A DNA stretch of 64,000 bases from positions 61,878,001 through 61,942,000 of the forward strand of contig NC_058368.1 of the NCBI RefSeq assembly GCF_018350175.1. Reading direction: 5' to 3'. Position numbers and translations under genes: made by a program. The stretch is from Felis catus (lineage: Eukaryota). A model generated the notes under the pieces. That model did not search any database, was not told the origin of the DNA, and saw only the letters and a list, made by a program, of their open reading frames with translations. Positions 1 through 11,995 of the stretch are shown here, one piece after another; position 1 is the stretch's first letter, and every line of letters begins with the position of its first letter.

Positions 1-2632
1 TGTATTTTTGGTTTTGTGCTGATTTGAAATTTTTCTGCTTCTGTTTGCTCTACAACATTTTTCCTATGATCCTAGAATGTGAAACTATTGATGCTTTTAT
101 CTTGTTGGTACACCTAGTGTTATATCAATGATTATGCTCATTTTGTATTTTACATACAGTTAGGTTTCCTTTAAACACATTTAACTTCACTTATCAATAA
201 ATGCATATCTTAGATGAAGCAAATTCTGTAGCCATTTTATACTCTCTGGGTTATTTAACCTGTGCTGTCAGGACTACAAAAATCCCAACTGAGCTACAGT
301 GAAGACACTACTTGCCATATCAGCAGGAGTATAACACTGACTCCTGGGAGCTTCCCTTTTCTCCTATTTGAGTAACCTAACCCTGAAACAGCACATATTT
401 TTGCATAAATAGCGTGTAGGCATAGCAGATGCTGTAATGATCGCCTCCTGCAGAAGAAGGAGGATTTACTGCACTGTGAAACTTTTAGGCAAGGCTACTA
501 TGCTAATGAACAAAAAGGCATATACTTACACAGGAAAACATTAGCAAGATCCCTAGACTGCTTTTTAGCTCTATATTACTAAATTTCCTCCCACTGATGA
601 CTCCCTACCGGTAGCCCTGTGCTCCTTATGCGCAGAGGTCATGCTGGACAAAAGAACGAAAGTAAAAACGATACTAAAACCATAAATCCCATGGGAAGAC
701 ATGGAATCCCCACAACTGTACCTTCCCAACCTCACTCAGAGACTAAATAAGCCATCATTTATTATTTTTATTTTCTAATAAATAAAATCAGGATATCGGA
801 AATTAGACTGTATGTTAAATGAATGTTGAGGTTCTATCAAGATGCTACTTTCAGCAAATAAAAAATCAACTCAAAAAAAGATCAGCTGATCACAGCGATT
901 GGTTAAATTCCATATCTATATACCATAAAATAGGAGAAAGTACTGAATGTATGTATACAATGTATGTATGTCAGTTGTTCAAAAAGTATCTTATCAGTAG
1001 TATTACTCAGTTTTTGAGCACTTCTATGAACTATCTTGTACACATTTATGTTTACTGTATTAAAGAAATAGAAGTAATGCTACATATTGGAAATCCAAAC
1101 TGAACCCAGGGAAAGTCATTCACCTTGGATCTTAATCTCATCTAAACCTATTTAGTATGTGGTTTGGGACAGGTCCCAATATTTCTAGACCTCTTTTTCT
1201 TATAAAGTAAAAGAGATTATTAAAATCACTTTAGTACTTAAGAAGATAATTGATATTTGGAATAAGAACTATTCATGAGGTTAAGTTATTCATAAGGATA
1301 AGTGGAAAGACAATTTCTTGAAACTGTAAAGTTGTACACACTTGGAAAGAAACTATCTGACATTTTTTCCCCCTTCAGATTCATAGAATATGCTTTCTTG
1401 GCTGCCTTATCTAACTATTATGGATCTTCTTACTAGTACGTAGACAATTTCTTCAATGTGGAAAATTATATTGCAACAGAATTATAAGTTGCAGAATGAA
1501 ATTAACATTGAAATTTAACTTACAGTTTACTTAAGGAACATTTTCTATAGCAACTGCCAGTATATTGAAGCACATTTCTGGTGCTGTTCTAATGTTAACT
1601 ACCTTAAATCACTAGGATCTGCTGATTGAGATGTACATGAAATCTTTGATCTGGATCAGGAGACTTATCTCATTTAAAACGCTGTAACTTATTATTTTCA
1701 GTATCTACCCCTAGACTTCTGTGTTCCATGTCTTGGACTGTGAGTGTGTTACAGCTCAACGATTGGAGGTTTTAGTTGGAGATCTAAGTGACTACACTAC
1801 ACTAAGTATATGAGCTATGGGAGCAGAGAAAGTGGAGGATGCACTCAGCAAATGTTTTGGAAATACTGTCAGATGAGGTTATATCAGAGCCTCAGGTAGT
1901 TCACCAGGGGATCAGGGCCACGAATGTCATTCTAGGCTGAGGAGAGTTAAGTGCAAATCCTCAGATACATAAACATGGAGTGTTCAGAGAACTACAAAGA
2001 GTTCTGAAGCCTTTCAGGAAGTGAGTCCGCCACTAGGTTATGAAATGCATTCTCACTTACCGTTCATCTTTATCCTTGCAATCCATGCAGTAAAGTCCTT
2101 TTCCAAATGGCAGGGTGGTAGTGGTTGTCACATACTAACCATGGGACTCAGGCTAGTGTTCAACCTGGTGGGAAAAGATAGAGCCAAGTAGAATATTATG
2201 TATGAAAGGATAATTTTCACACAAAAATATTTTGTATAAAATATCAACCCAGAAAAGACAAAAAGAGAAATAAGAAATTTCAAGCAAAGGCAATTATTCT
2301 GTATTCATAAAATTCATTTCTGGGAATCTTGTATTGAAAACAAATTCTAAAACGATTTTCTCCTGAGAATGATCTTTACTCAAAGATAAGAGCTAAATTT
2401 TTTTTTGATTTCTTAGATATTTTAATTCAGTGATAAGTGAATAATCAGCAAGACAAAATCACTTGCTATGGAACTGTTTTATTTTATATTTTTGTTACAA
2501 TTTTGTTAGGCTTTTTAATGTCTCAAATGTGTAGGAAAGTTTAAAACCATGAACATTTTATGTTCCTATATTAATGAAAGTAGTTGGAAGATAAATATTT
2601 ATTACTTAATCCTATATTTTACACTGTATATA

Positions 2633-2638
2633 TGTGTG

Positions 2639-2670
<32 letters not shown>

Positions 2671-2868
2671 ATAAGTTTACTTATTTAATTTTGAGAGCAC
2701 GTGAGAGAGACTGAGGGAGGGGCAGAGAGAGAAGGAAAGAGAATCTTAAGCAGATTTCACACTGTCAATGCAGAGCTGAAATGCGGCTCGACCTCATGAA
2801 CCATGAGATCACGTCCTGAGCCAAAAACAAGAGCTAGACCCTTAACCAACTGAGCCACCCAAACCCCC
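2633..2868 (-). mobile_element. CAN-SINE (SINEC), older diverged copy; tail converted to (TA)n
   Basis: Reverse-strand SINEC body (..catgagatcacgtcctgagcc..ttaaccaactgagccaccc); direct repeat TACACTGTATATA at 2620-2632 and 2869-2881. Confidence 0.9.
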
Positions 2869-3039
2869 TACACTGTATATACATATATATTTTTTATACT
2901 AGAAATATTTATTTTTACTTTGTTTTAATCATACTATCTCTAGTCTCAGAAAAACACACGTGGAGTGAAGCAATGCATTTGGAGTATTCAAAAAAGAACT
3001 GAAGTAAAAAGCTTAACTTTAAGGAGAATAGATTTGGCT

Positions 3040-3448
3040 ATGTTAGGCAGAGTAGAATAGGCTGCAGTGACAAATAGACCTAAATAGCATAAACCCTAAG
3101 CATGGTGCAATACATTCGCACTCCATCGATAATCCTGTGAAATAGTGTACCTGGTAGATGTTCTTCGTGGTTGGGGAGGGGGTCAGATACTGAAGCTCTT
3201 TCCATTTTATGATTCTGCCAACTACTATTACCTTGTCCTCAGATTCATCTGCTGGGAGAAAGGAAGAGAAAAAATTAAAGTACAGCTTCTTCAATGCATT
3301 GGCCTTGGATATTTCATACAACATGCGCTACCTTCTCTCGGTTGGGATTTCGTAGTATGGTCAAATACAACTCTAAATGGGACTATGTGCCGAGAAAAAA
3401 AAGAGGAGCAGAGAGATTATGTTGAGTAAATGTCACTATCCACTACAG
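3040..3448 (-). mobile_element. Old MaLR LTR (MLT1-type) relic
   Basis: Starts with the taggctgcagtgacaaat motif typical of reverse-oriented MLT1 LTRs, ends ..ccactaca; heavily diverged. Confidence 0.5.
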
Positions 3449-4599
3449 GCTCCCCATTGTTAGGTATGTGGGACCTAATTCTTACCCTCAAAGTCCAGAT
3501 CAGCAGCAGTACTAAACTGCAGTTTGTACTAAATTACAAACTTAATTTGTAATGATGTCTGAAATGTAAAAATATCTCTGAGGGCAGGATTGTCCCAGAA
3601 ATTATACCAGATGGGACCAGAAGGAAAGTGTCTCACTTTAGAAATTAGCATATAGAGATTGAAATTAATTGTATTTTATTAATATTTACATATAGTTTAT
3701 ATAATATTATGAAGAGATTAGTCTCATGCATAGTTAATACATTTGGAAAAACTAAGGTGCTAAGTTTTTCTCTATTTTCCATTATTTTTCTCATGTTTTC
3801 TTTATATTGGAACATGATGTGATAAAAATAAATTACTGTTCTAATGAATTAGAGAAAATTTACACAAACGAGAAAAACAATATACTTTTAAAATCCATTA
3901 CCACATAGTAACAAGCCTATTTTTATTTGGAGGTTAATCCTCATACTAAATGATTAGACCAGGCTCTGCATCTCTAATTTCCCATGTTTGTGCATTAAGC
4001 TGCCATTTGTTACATCTGCTTGCATTAGTCATTTTGACTCATAATGCATGGTAAAATAAAGAATAACTACAGATAAGCCGGAGAATGTGGTGGCAAAGTG
4101 TGATGAATCATTACGTTATTTTTTATTAGTCCATCTGGAAGGTAATTGTACTGATTTGTGGATTCTTTTTAAGGTGTTAAAATCACAGTACAATAATCTT
4201 CTCATGAGATTAAGTTATTGGTGACACGTTGCTTTAAAAAAATAAATATTTACATGATTCCAAAATGATTTACACATTTCCAAAATGTGAAATCTAATAA
4301 CATCCGTGGCCTTAAAAAGATTCATTATTGACATAAAATTCTAAACAAAAGTGTCAAGATTGCTAAATATAATACATTAGTTTATTGACATAACTGATAG
4401 TTTTTAAGTGAGGCTTCTTTGCCTTGTGGCACAATCAATCACACATCTAGAAAATATCTTGTAGCTAGTAGTATAAAACAAATGGCTGACTGTTATAGCT
4501 TTAGGATTAGAACAATGTAATCTATACATCAGCATTAACTACGGCTCTAGCATCGATTTTATTTGCTAGTATTCATTGACCAGTTAAGTTTTGAGGTAG

Positions 4600-5000
4600 A
4601 GATAGGATAAGTCAATTAAATTCCCTCCAGCATTTGTTCTACAGGATTAGAAGAGCCAGTGTTTAGTTGGGAGCTGGGTAATACACAATGAGTACCTCAT
4701 TCTGCAGACGCTATTGAAGCTTAGTGTGACACTGGCCAATGGAATATTAACAGAAGTGGTAAGCGCAACTTCTAAGAGTTGCCCTTGAAAGGAAAGGGAG
4801 ACTTTCTCCTATTTCTTCTTGCTGGTTGGAAAGCAGATAAGGGAATCTGGAGTTGGAGCAGTCCTCTTGGACCCTGAGGGATTCTGGGAACAGAGCTTAA
4901 GGATGGTGGAGAAACCTACCTCTTCCACTCTGTATGGAAAAGACATTTTATTTAAGTCACTTACATTTCTCATTAACAATTGAAGTTAAGTCCTAATCAC
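4600..5000 (+). mobile_element. MaLR LTR (MLT1J-like)
   Basis: ctggccaatggaatattaacagaagtg, ggagttggagcagtcctcttggaccctgagg, aaggatggtggaga and terminal tcctaatcaca resemble the MLT1J consensus. Confidence 0.65.
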
Positions 5001-5893
5001 AGAGCATAGCACACCTGGATAAGGCAGAGCTTTTAGAGCCATCAGGAAAGTTGTACCAATTATTTGTTTAATTGCATATGACTCGGTCATTAACACAGCA
5101 TGTGAAAAATGCCTTGAACAATTATTGAAATAGGAGGAAGAAGATGGGGGAAAGAAAAACATACATAAATCAATGATTTTTCTTTCACCACTAGTGACCT
5201 TTGAATAAATTGCAAAATTTCTGAACAGTTAAGCTATTTTTATTAGTAATTAACTACACACCAGGACTCAAACAGATAGGAATATATAAGTTAAAAGCAA
5301 AGTGTTGATTCTGTCCTAGTCTTAACAAAATACATTGGTTTACTTCTGCTGCCATGAGTCTAAACCTATTAAGTAATATTGCCAAACACTATACCCTTTC
5401 CTTATTCCTTGAGGAGTAAAATAATAGTGTTTTTTTTTTTTTCTCGACTCTAGGCTACTTGGACATTGGTATTTACTAAACATATTTTGGAGTCACAGTA
5501 TATGCACAGGAAGGTAAATTTTATAAAACTTCAAGTTAAGAAATAAAAATAAAGATTCAGGCTTGCCCCATCATTTTTTTTGACATTTAATACCATGCCT
5601 TATAAGTTTTGAAATCCAATACGGTAATCACTGGCTCACAGTGATTTGTAAATGTGCATATTTTCAATACTTAACTATCAAAATAATACTTTCTGATGAA
5701 ACAAGTGATTAAGAAAGTATTGAAAGAAAAAGCTCTACTCATAAATTTAAAACCTGAAGAAGAATCTAGAAGAATTGCCGTAGAATGCCAAAGGAGAGGA
5801 AATTATTGATTATGATGCATTTAAGTTTTCTAATTATAAATATTATCATTCATTATGGTCCAGCAATAATTTAGCAGGTCTAGAAAGGCAAAG

Positions 5894-5895
<2 letters not shown>

Positions 5896-5938
<43 letters not shown>
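5896..5938. repeat. (TA)n microsatellite
   Basis: Perfect TA dinucleotide run. Confidence 0.95.
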
Positions 5939-5941
<3 letters not shown>

Positions 5942-7027
5942 CACATGTACAAATATGTGTGCATCCCTAGTATCACAAAGTTTTGGACCACCTTACAACA
6001 AGAATGTGTGAGACCAATTATTGTTAAAATATGCATAAGAAACATGGCACAAGACCTGGGAAAATGGTGATTAGTGTAAGAAAGCAAGTAAAGGTTTGAA
6101 AAATATATACTCTATCTCTACTTCTTTTTGATACATAAGTATGTATCAAAAATTTGATACATAAATACAATTTATAGTGTTAATTGATAAAATATTGATA
6201 TATTAATATTTTGACTATAATAGTATAAAATCTTCTGCCTCACTTTCCAACCATGGGCAGATTTGTGGAACCTGCTTTCATCTGACACATACTAGATGGT
6301 GTCATAAAATGTAAGAGTCTGAAAAACTACTTGATGGAGATGGTATAGATACAAGGAAAATACCAATAGTAAAGAATATTTATGCATTTGTGGAATGCAT
6401 TACAAAGTAGCACAAAAGGGCAAGCAGGAAATATCAAAAACCCAGAATGAATTGCAATCAGCCATTACAGAACAGAAGAAGAGTCAGGGTTTCTAATTAT
6501 AAAATTCTCTAATAGAAGAAAACTTTTGATAACATTTTCAACCTTTTTTCCAACTAAATTCCTTCTGTCTTTTCATCCATTTACTGTGTCTTTCCGCGAA
6601 GTAAAAGGTTAGCTGCTACCTTTTTCAGATGAGCATCACAGGCTTTTCAAAACAGAATTGCCGATTAACCTCCAGGCGCCTTGGTTTCCCTATATGGAAA
6701 AATAGATAATGATACATAGCTCCAGAATTTGTTGTGACTGCCAACGACCGATATGGTGTTTACTAAAATAACTAGAATGTGCTTACAGTAGGGACTCAGT
6801 TACTATTAGAGTCCCTGTTCTTCCCTTGATATAAAAATATATATGGTTTAAATTTACCTAAGGATAAGGTGTCCAGATAAGGTGCCTTACACTTGATACT
6901 ATCAACTTTTTGAACTCTAAGGTTTGAATTTTATGTGTAGGAAACAATAGAATATACTGATAAATAACAAAAGCTCTAAATTCAGACAACAAGTCCAAGT
7001 CTGGGCTTGATCATAGGCTAGCATTTT

Positions 7028-7255
7028 TTTAAGTATATTATTTATTTGTTATTTATTTATTTATTTATTTACTTATTTATTTATAGCAAGCTGGAAAGGG
7101 GCAGAGAGAGAGAGGGAGAAGAGAGAGAATCCCCTGCAGACCCCACATTGTCAGCACAGAGCCGGATGCGGGTCTTGAACTCACAAAACCGTGAGATCAT
7201 GACCTGAGCCAAAAATGAGTCAGACACTTAACCGACAGAGCCACTCAGGTGCCGC
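7028..7255 (-). mobile_element. CAN-SINE (SINEC)
   Basis: SINEC body on minus strand; TSD AGGCTA(G/A)CATTTT at 7015 and 7256. Confidence 0.93.
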
Positions 7256-7283
7256 AGGCTAACATTTTGATGTTTAAAAAATA

Positions 7284-7615
7284 CAGTTGACCCTCGAATC
7301 ACAGGGGTTTGAACTCTGTGGGTCCACTTATATGCAGATTTTTTTTTGATAAATTCAATGGACTATTGTCAATGTATTTTCTCTTCTTCATGATTTTCTT
7401 AAAAACATGTTCTTTTTGTTACCTTATGTTATTAAAATAATATATAATGCATACAACTTACAAAATATGTGTTGATCAACTGTTTATGTTACTGTTAAGG
7501 CTTTTAGTCAACAGGAGGCTATTAGTAGTTAAATTCTTGTGGGGACAAAAGTCATATGTGGAATTTTGGTTGTGTTGTTGGAAGTCAGCACCCTGCATTG
7601 TTCAGAGGTCAACTG
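7284..7615 (+). mobile_element. Tigger2a-like non-autonomous DNA transposon (MITE)
   Basis: TA|CAGTTGACCCTCGAA..ggtccacttatatgcagattttt ... TTGTTCAGAGGTCAACTG|TA: terminal inverted repeats and TA target duplication; start matches Tigger2 consensus. Confidence 0.9.
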
Positions 7616-7737
7616 TATTGCTTAGTCTCTCCAACCAACCCATTTCCTTACCTAGAATTGGTAATAATGATAATTTCACTGATATATGACTAAGAATTAA
7701 AGAAGATGCCTCCTAAAAAGGGGTTAGAATAGTTCTA

Positions 7738-7739
<2 letters not shown>

Positions 7740-7776
<37 letters not shown>
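7740..7776. repeat. (TA)n microsatellite
   Basis: Perfect TA run. Confidence 0.95.
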
Positions 7777-7778
<2 letters not shown>

Positions 7779-8363
7779 CATTAGTATTAATTAGTAAATT
7801 AGTAGTAGTAGTAATCACAAGGCATTATTAGCAAATATTATTAGTAATAAATGTAACATAAGAAAATACTATCTGTTGAAACAAAGACAATCAAGTTTAT
7901 CCTCATGATAACTTAAGAACTACCGGATATGGGAAGAAGGAACAATAAAATGTCAGTATTATGATTAATTTTGATGCTCAGGTCAGCATCCATTCTAGAA
8001 TATCTCTTGCTTGAAAAGAAGAACAGAGAACCATTCTTGTAGAATCAAAGAACCCTGTATTATACTACTTTAAATTGCATGGCTTTTTTTTTTTTCAATT
8101 AAGGTCTGAAAGTCTTCTGGATTGTGTGCTGTTATGTAATGACAGAGCCAGCATTTACATAGTGATTTGAGAAGTCTCCTCTAATGTGTCCCTATAACAG
8201 GGTTGTCAGTCAGAAAGCCAACAATAAATGAGAATCACAGAGTTTAAGAAAGTTTTTTAACCAGGTATTTGTAGTAACGTATTTCCTATTGAAACACATT
8301 ATCTGTTTACAATAAACCACCTTTCAGACACGCACACGTCAGCTTAGCAAAGCCAGTTCTTTT

Positions 8364-8586
8364 TTTTTTTTTAATTTTTTTTTCAACATTTATTTATTTT
8401 TGGGACAGAGAGAGACAGAGCATGAACGGGGGAGGAGCAGAGAGAGAGGGAGACACAGAATCGGAAACAGGCTCCAGGCTCTGAGCCATCAGCCCAGAGC
8501 CCGACGCGGGGCTCGAACTCACAGACCGCGAGATGGTGACCTGGCTGAAGTCGGACGCTTAACCGACTGCACCACCCAGGCGCCCC
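8364..8586 (-). mobile_element. Young feline SINE (SINEC_Fc-type)
   Basis: Near-consensus, CpG-rich body; perfect 15-bp TSD AAAGCCAGTTCTTTT at 8349 and 8587. Confidence 0.97.
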
Positions 8587-8925
8587 AAAGCCAGTTCTTT
8601 TGAAGACAAAAAATGGAAATATATCTGGAAGATGAAAATATGTAACATTTTTCTGTGATTTGAAGAATAGCAGCGTGCATTATAATTAAGGGTGAGAAGT
8701 AGCGATTTGATAGGATTTTTTTTGCTTCATGTCAAAACCTTGACCTAGAATGCTCAGTCCAGAAAGCCTTACTTCAACCCTTTGCATGTATATGTCAGCT
8801 CCCTTAGATGCTAATTTATTGGACTTAGTAACTTTGCATTGTACTTCGATTCTTTGGATTTAGTAAACTCGCTCAACAGTAATCACTATTACATGCACAC
8901 CTTCCTTTAAAAATTTAGAATGCTC

Positions 8926-9082
8926 GGGGAGCCTGTGTGGCTCAGTTGGGTAAGTGTCCGACTTTGGCTCAGGTCGTGATCCCCCAGTTCGGGGGTTCGA
9001 GCCCTGCGTCGGGCTCTGTGCTGACAGCTCAGAGCCTGGAGCCGGCTTCAGATTCTGTGCCTCCCTCTCTCTCTGCCCCTCC

Positions 9083-9121
<39 letters not shown>

Positions 9122-9148
9122 ATAAATAAACATAAAAATTTAAAAAAA
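8926..9148 (+). mobile_element. CAN-SINE (SINEC)
   Basis: ggggagcctgtgtggctcagttgg head, B-box-like ggttcgagccc, (CT)n, A tail; degenerate TSD AAAATTTAGAATGCTC / AAAATTAGAACCCTC. Confidence 0.95.
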
Positions 9149-9845
9149 ATTAGAACCCTCGAGTACCAGAAGGGAGGTCAGAAGTCAGACCTCAGCATCA
9201 GAAGAGTGAAGCCAAAGAGAGGATATGGTGATGAAGAGAATGATGAGAACAGAAATTTTTGAGAAATAGACTGCAAGATATAAAGTAGAATATTTCTGGG
9301 GGGTGGGGGTAAGTCAGCATGGAACCACTGAATTTACATGTATCGTGATAGTCACCATCACCAGAGTAGTTTGGTGGGGAGATGAGCAATGACTATGTGT
9401 CTCGAAAACATAACCATGCATGCGGTCTAGAATGCATGGCCTTGTCCTTAAATTGTGTACCTCAGGAGACTTTTTAAAAATAGTATGGTTTTAGTACAAT
9501 CAAAACAATACACTTAAAGCCCGTTTATGCCTGGTCTTTTTGTTTCCTCTTTCCCCCTCTTGTACCAGAAATTCAAATATTAAATCATTCCCTGTTCTAC
9601 ATATGCACCAAATAGGATCGTCCTGGGTCCTGGACTATTTCACCTGAGACAAGAATAAGAGGTTGAAGCCAGAGACTAGGAGATCAAAGTGTTCCTTCTC
9701 TCAAACTCATGAGAAAAAAAAAGCAAAAAATATGAAAAAAGTAGGATTGCAGAAAAACATAAGTTAGAAAACATAGTATGGCTGAGCACTATAGGCTTAC
9801 CAAAAGTTTGAAGAACAGAGAGACATTGGGAGAGATATTCAAATC

Positions 9846-11106
9846 CAGTAAAACCTAGGTTTGTGAGCATAATTTGTTCCAGAAACATGCTAATAACCCA
9901 AGGCACTTGTATATCAAAGCAAATTTCCCCATAAGAAATAATGGAAACTCAGATGATTCGTTCCGCCACCCAAAAATATTCATATAAAATGATTTCAATA
10001 CTCTAATTGAACACAAAATAATAAAGAAAATATAAAGGAAAATGAACCAAGTAACCTGCACTTACCTTTGAAAACCTTCATGGCTGGTGTAAGGAAGATA
10101 AGAGAGAGAGGAAGGTTATGGTGTAGGATGATTTTCACTATCACAAAATCACTACTATTGGCTCAAGGGAATCTTTTTCTTTTCATGCAACCTTAACAAA
10201 GAACCTATCCAATGACACTTACCTCCTTTTGAGTATTTCATAGAAATGTGGCCTTGCGTCATCTTTAAACAGATTCATTGTGCACACTGTTGCAGCTTTA
10301 TTCGGGTGGTGATTTTCCACAAAATTTTGTACTGTTTCCCATATTTTGCACATGTCCCTAATCTCATTTGAAGTGAGGAATTCTTCTACCTTTTCTCCTC
10401 CTCCTCTGCAGACAAAATGTAGAAGCAGACTTCTTATAAAGTCTTGCAGTTTCGGCCACTCACATACCTCGTTCATACTTTTCAATTATTTCATTCTTGA
10501 CTTCCACTGTAATATCTCCTTCTTCTTACTGCCTTTCTTTTCAACCTTTTTCTGCATGGGGGCCATTGTATACACTCACACCACTGTTAATTACAGTACA
10601 CTATTAATAAACTCTTGTCATATACTGTATTGAATGGAACCAACAATAAGGCAGAGAGAAAAGGGTCTATATCTGCAAGCAGCCTTACCTAGAATGAAGC
10701 AAAGACTGCCTAAGCTTACTCTTGTATGGAAAAGCAAAGAACTGTCCATAGGTGCTTTGAAGTAACAAAAACAAAAACAAAAACAAAAACAAAAACAAAA
10801 ACTAGTGCCAGTGGTGGGCATCTTCCAACATTCTAAAAAATCACTGATTTCCGCCAAACACTGCAGCCTGAAACCAAGCATCTGAGCATGAGAAACAATC
10901 ACCCACTTTCCTGCAACAAGGGAGAGAGACAGAAAGAGAGAGAGAGAAGAACCCTTGGCTCACTTGTGATCATGTTACGTTTGGCATCACGTACTACTCA
11001 TGTTGCAAGACATCACTCCTTTATCAAGTTAAAATGTATTAGAAATGTTTCCTGGTCTTTCAGAACATTCGCAGAACAAGTTACTCCACAATCCGTCGTT
11101 TTACTG
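9846..11106 (-). mobile_element. pogo/Tigger DNA transposon, internal-deletion derivative with both TIRs
   Basis: Both ends read CAGTAAAAC.. inward (9846 plus; 11106 minus, flanked by TA at 11107-11108); minus strand has transposase start (ATG at 10566, MAPMQKKVEKKGS..) joined at about 10412 to a C-terminal segment (LTSNEIRDMCKIWETVQNFVENHHPNKA..HFYEILKRR); 5' part aligns with 58240-58900. Confidence 0.88.
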
Positions 11107-11868
11107 TATCTGCTAAAGAGCTGAACAAATCTGTGGATTCCTCACAGACCTCTCTCCCCTGAGCTCCCCAGCCTGGGTGAGGTGGTCTTTTGCCTCCAAG
11201 CCACCCAATCCTTCCTCTTGTATCTTCTGATTCCTTCCCAGGCTGAAGTGCCTTGTTCGATACCACTGCTAAGAAAACTATCAGGGGATAGGATTCTTTT
11301 ACAGAATCACGAAGGACACAGAAAAACCCATAATCTTAGCCACAGTGCATGTTCTTCTCTGCAGCTCCCTCTGCTTGTGGCTCCAAGGCTGCTCAATCCA
11401 GTCTCTCACCTTTTGTCATTCAGATGAGGCTCAGACACCCACATCTGTGTCTTCTAAGTGGCACAGTCAAACTAACCACTTATCTTTTAACACCATCCCT
11501 GGGTTTGAGGTGAGAGAGCTTCTGTGCATTATAGTGAAGGTGAGCGATTTACCCAACATTTTGACAATAGTTTTTGGAGAAATTCTTATACTAGAATCTC
11601 TTATTAAATCCACTTTAATGCCCTTCTACTTACTTGGGCAAGTTCTGTGTGCTTCCTTTCATTAGAGTACATGGTCAGTTAACACTTCCAGAGTTGGAAT
11701 TACAGGGGTGTTTATTTTATTTTTTGCTACGGTTTTCCAGTTTGAAATATTCTCTACCCCAAGTGACTGTGATAATCATATTAAAGAAAGGAAGGGAAGA
11801 AAGTATAGAGAGAGGGAAGAAGAAAGGGAAGTAAAATAAACATAATTAGATAAGACCTAACTATGGCA

Positions 11869-11995
11869 CCAGCACTGACCACACAATTTACAAGGCACAG
11901 CGCACAATGCGTATATAAGTCCTTGTTCAAAATTAAGAACTGAAAGATGGCAATAACAGAGATTTGAATTCTATGTGACTCAGTAAGTCACATAT
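11869..11995. mobile_element. MER91-like hAT relic
   Basis: cacaattt..cagcgcacaatg..ccttgttcaaaattaagaactgaaagatggcaataacagag resembles MER91A. Confidence 0.45.

Larger units (their letters stand above)
6965..7745 (+). mobile_element. MIR relic split by a SINEC and a Tigger2a-like MITE
   Basis: 5' piece gctctaaattcagac..aagtctgggctt; 3' piece ccatttccttacctagaattggtaataatgata..aagaattaaagaagat..ttagaatagttctagcatata follows MIR core order. Confidence 0.55.

Noticed and set aside
8400..8603. Near-identical ORFs at 8400 and 35736 (MGQRETEHERGR..) as a paralogous gene pair
   Set aside because: Both are antisense translations of the same young SINE family.
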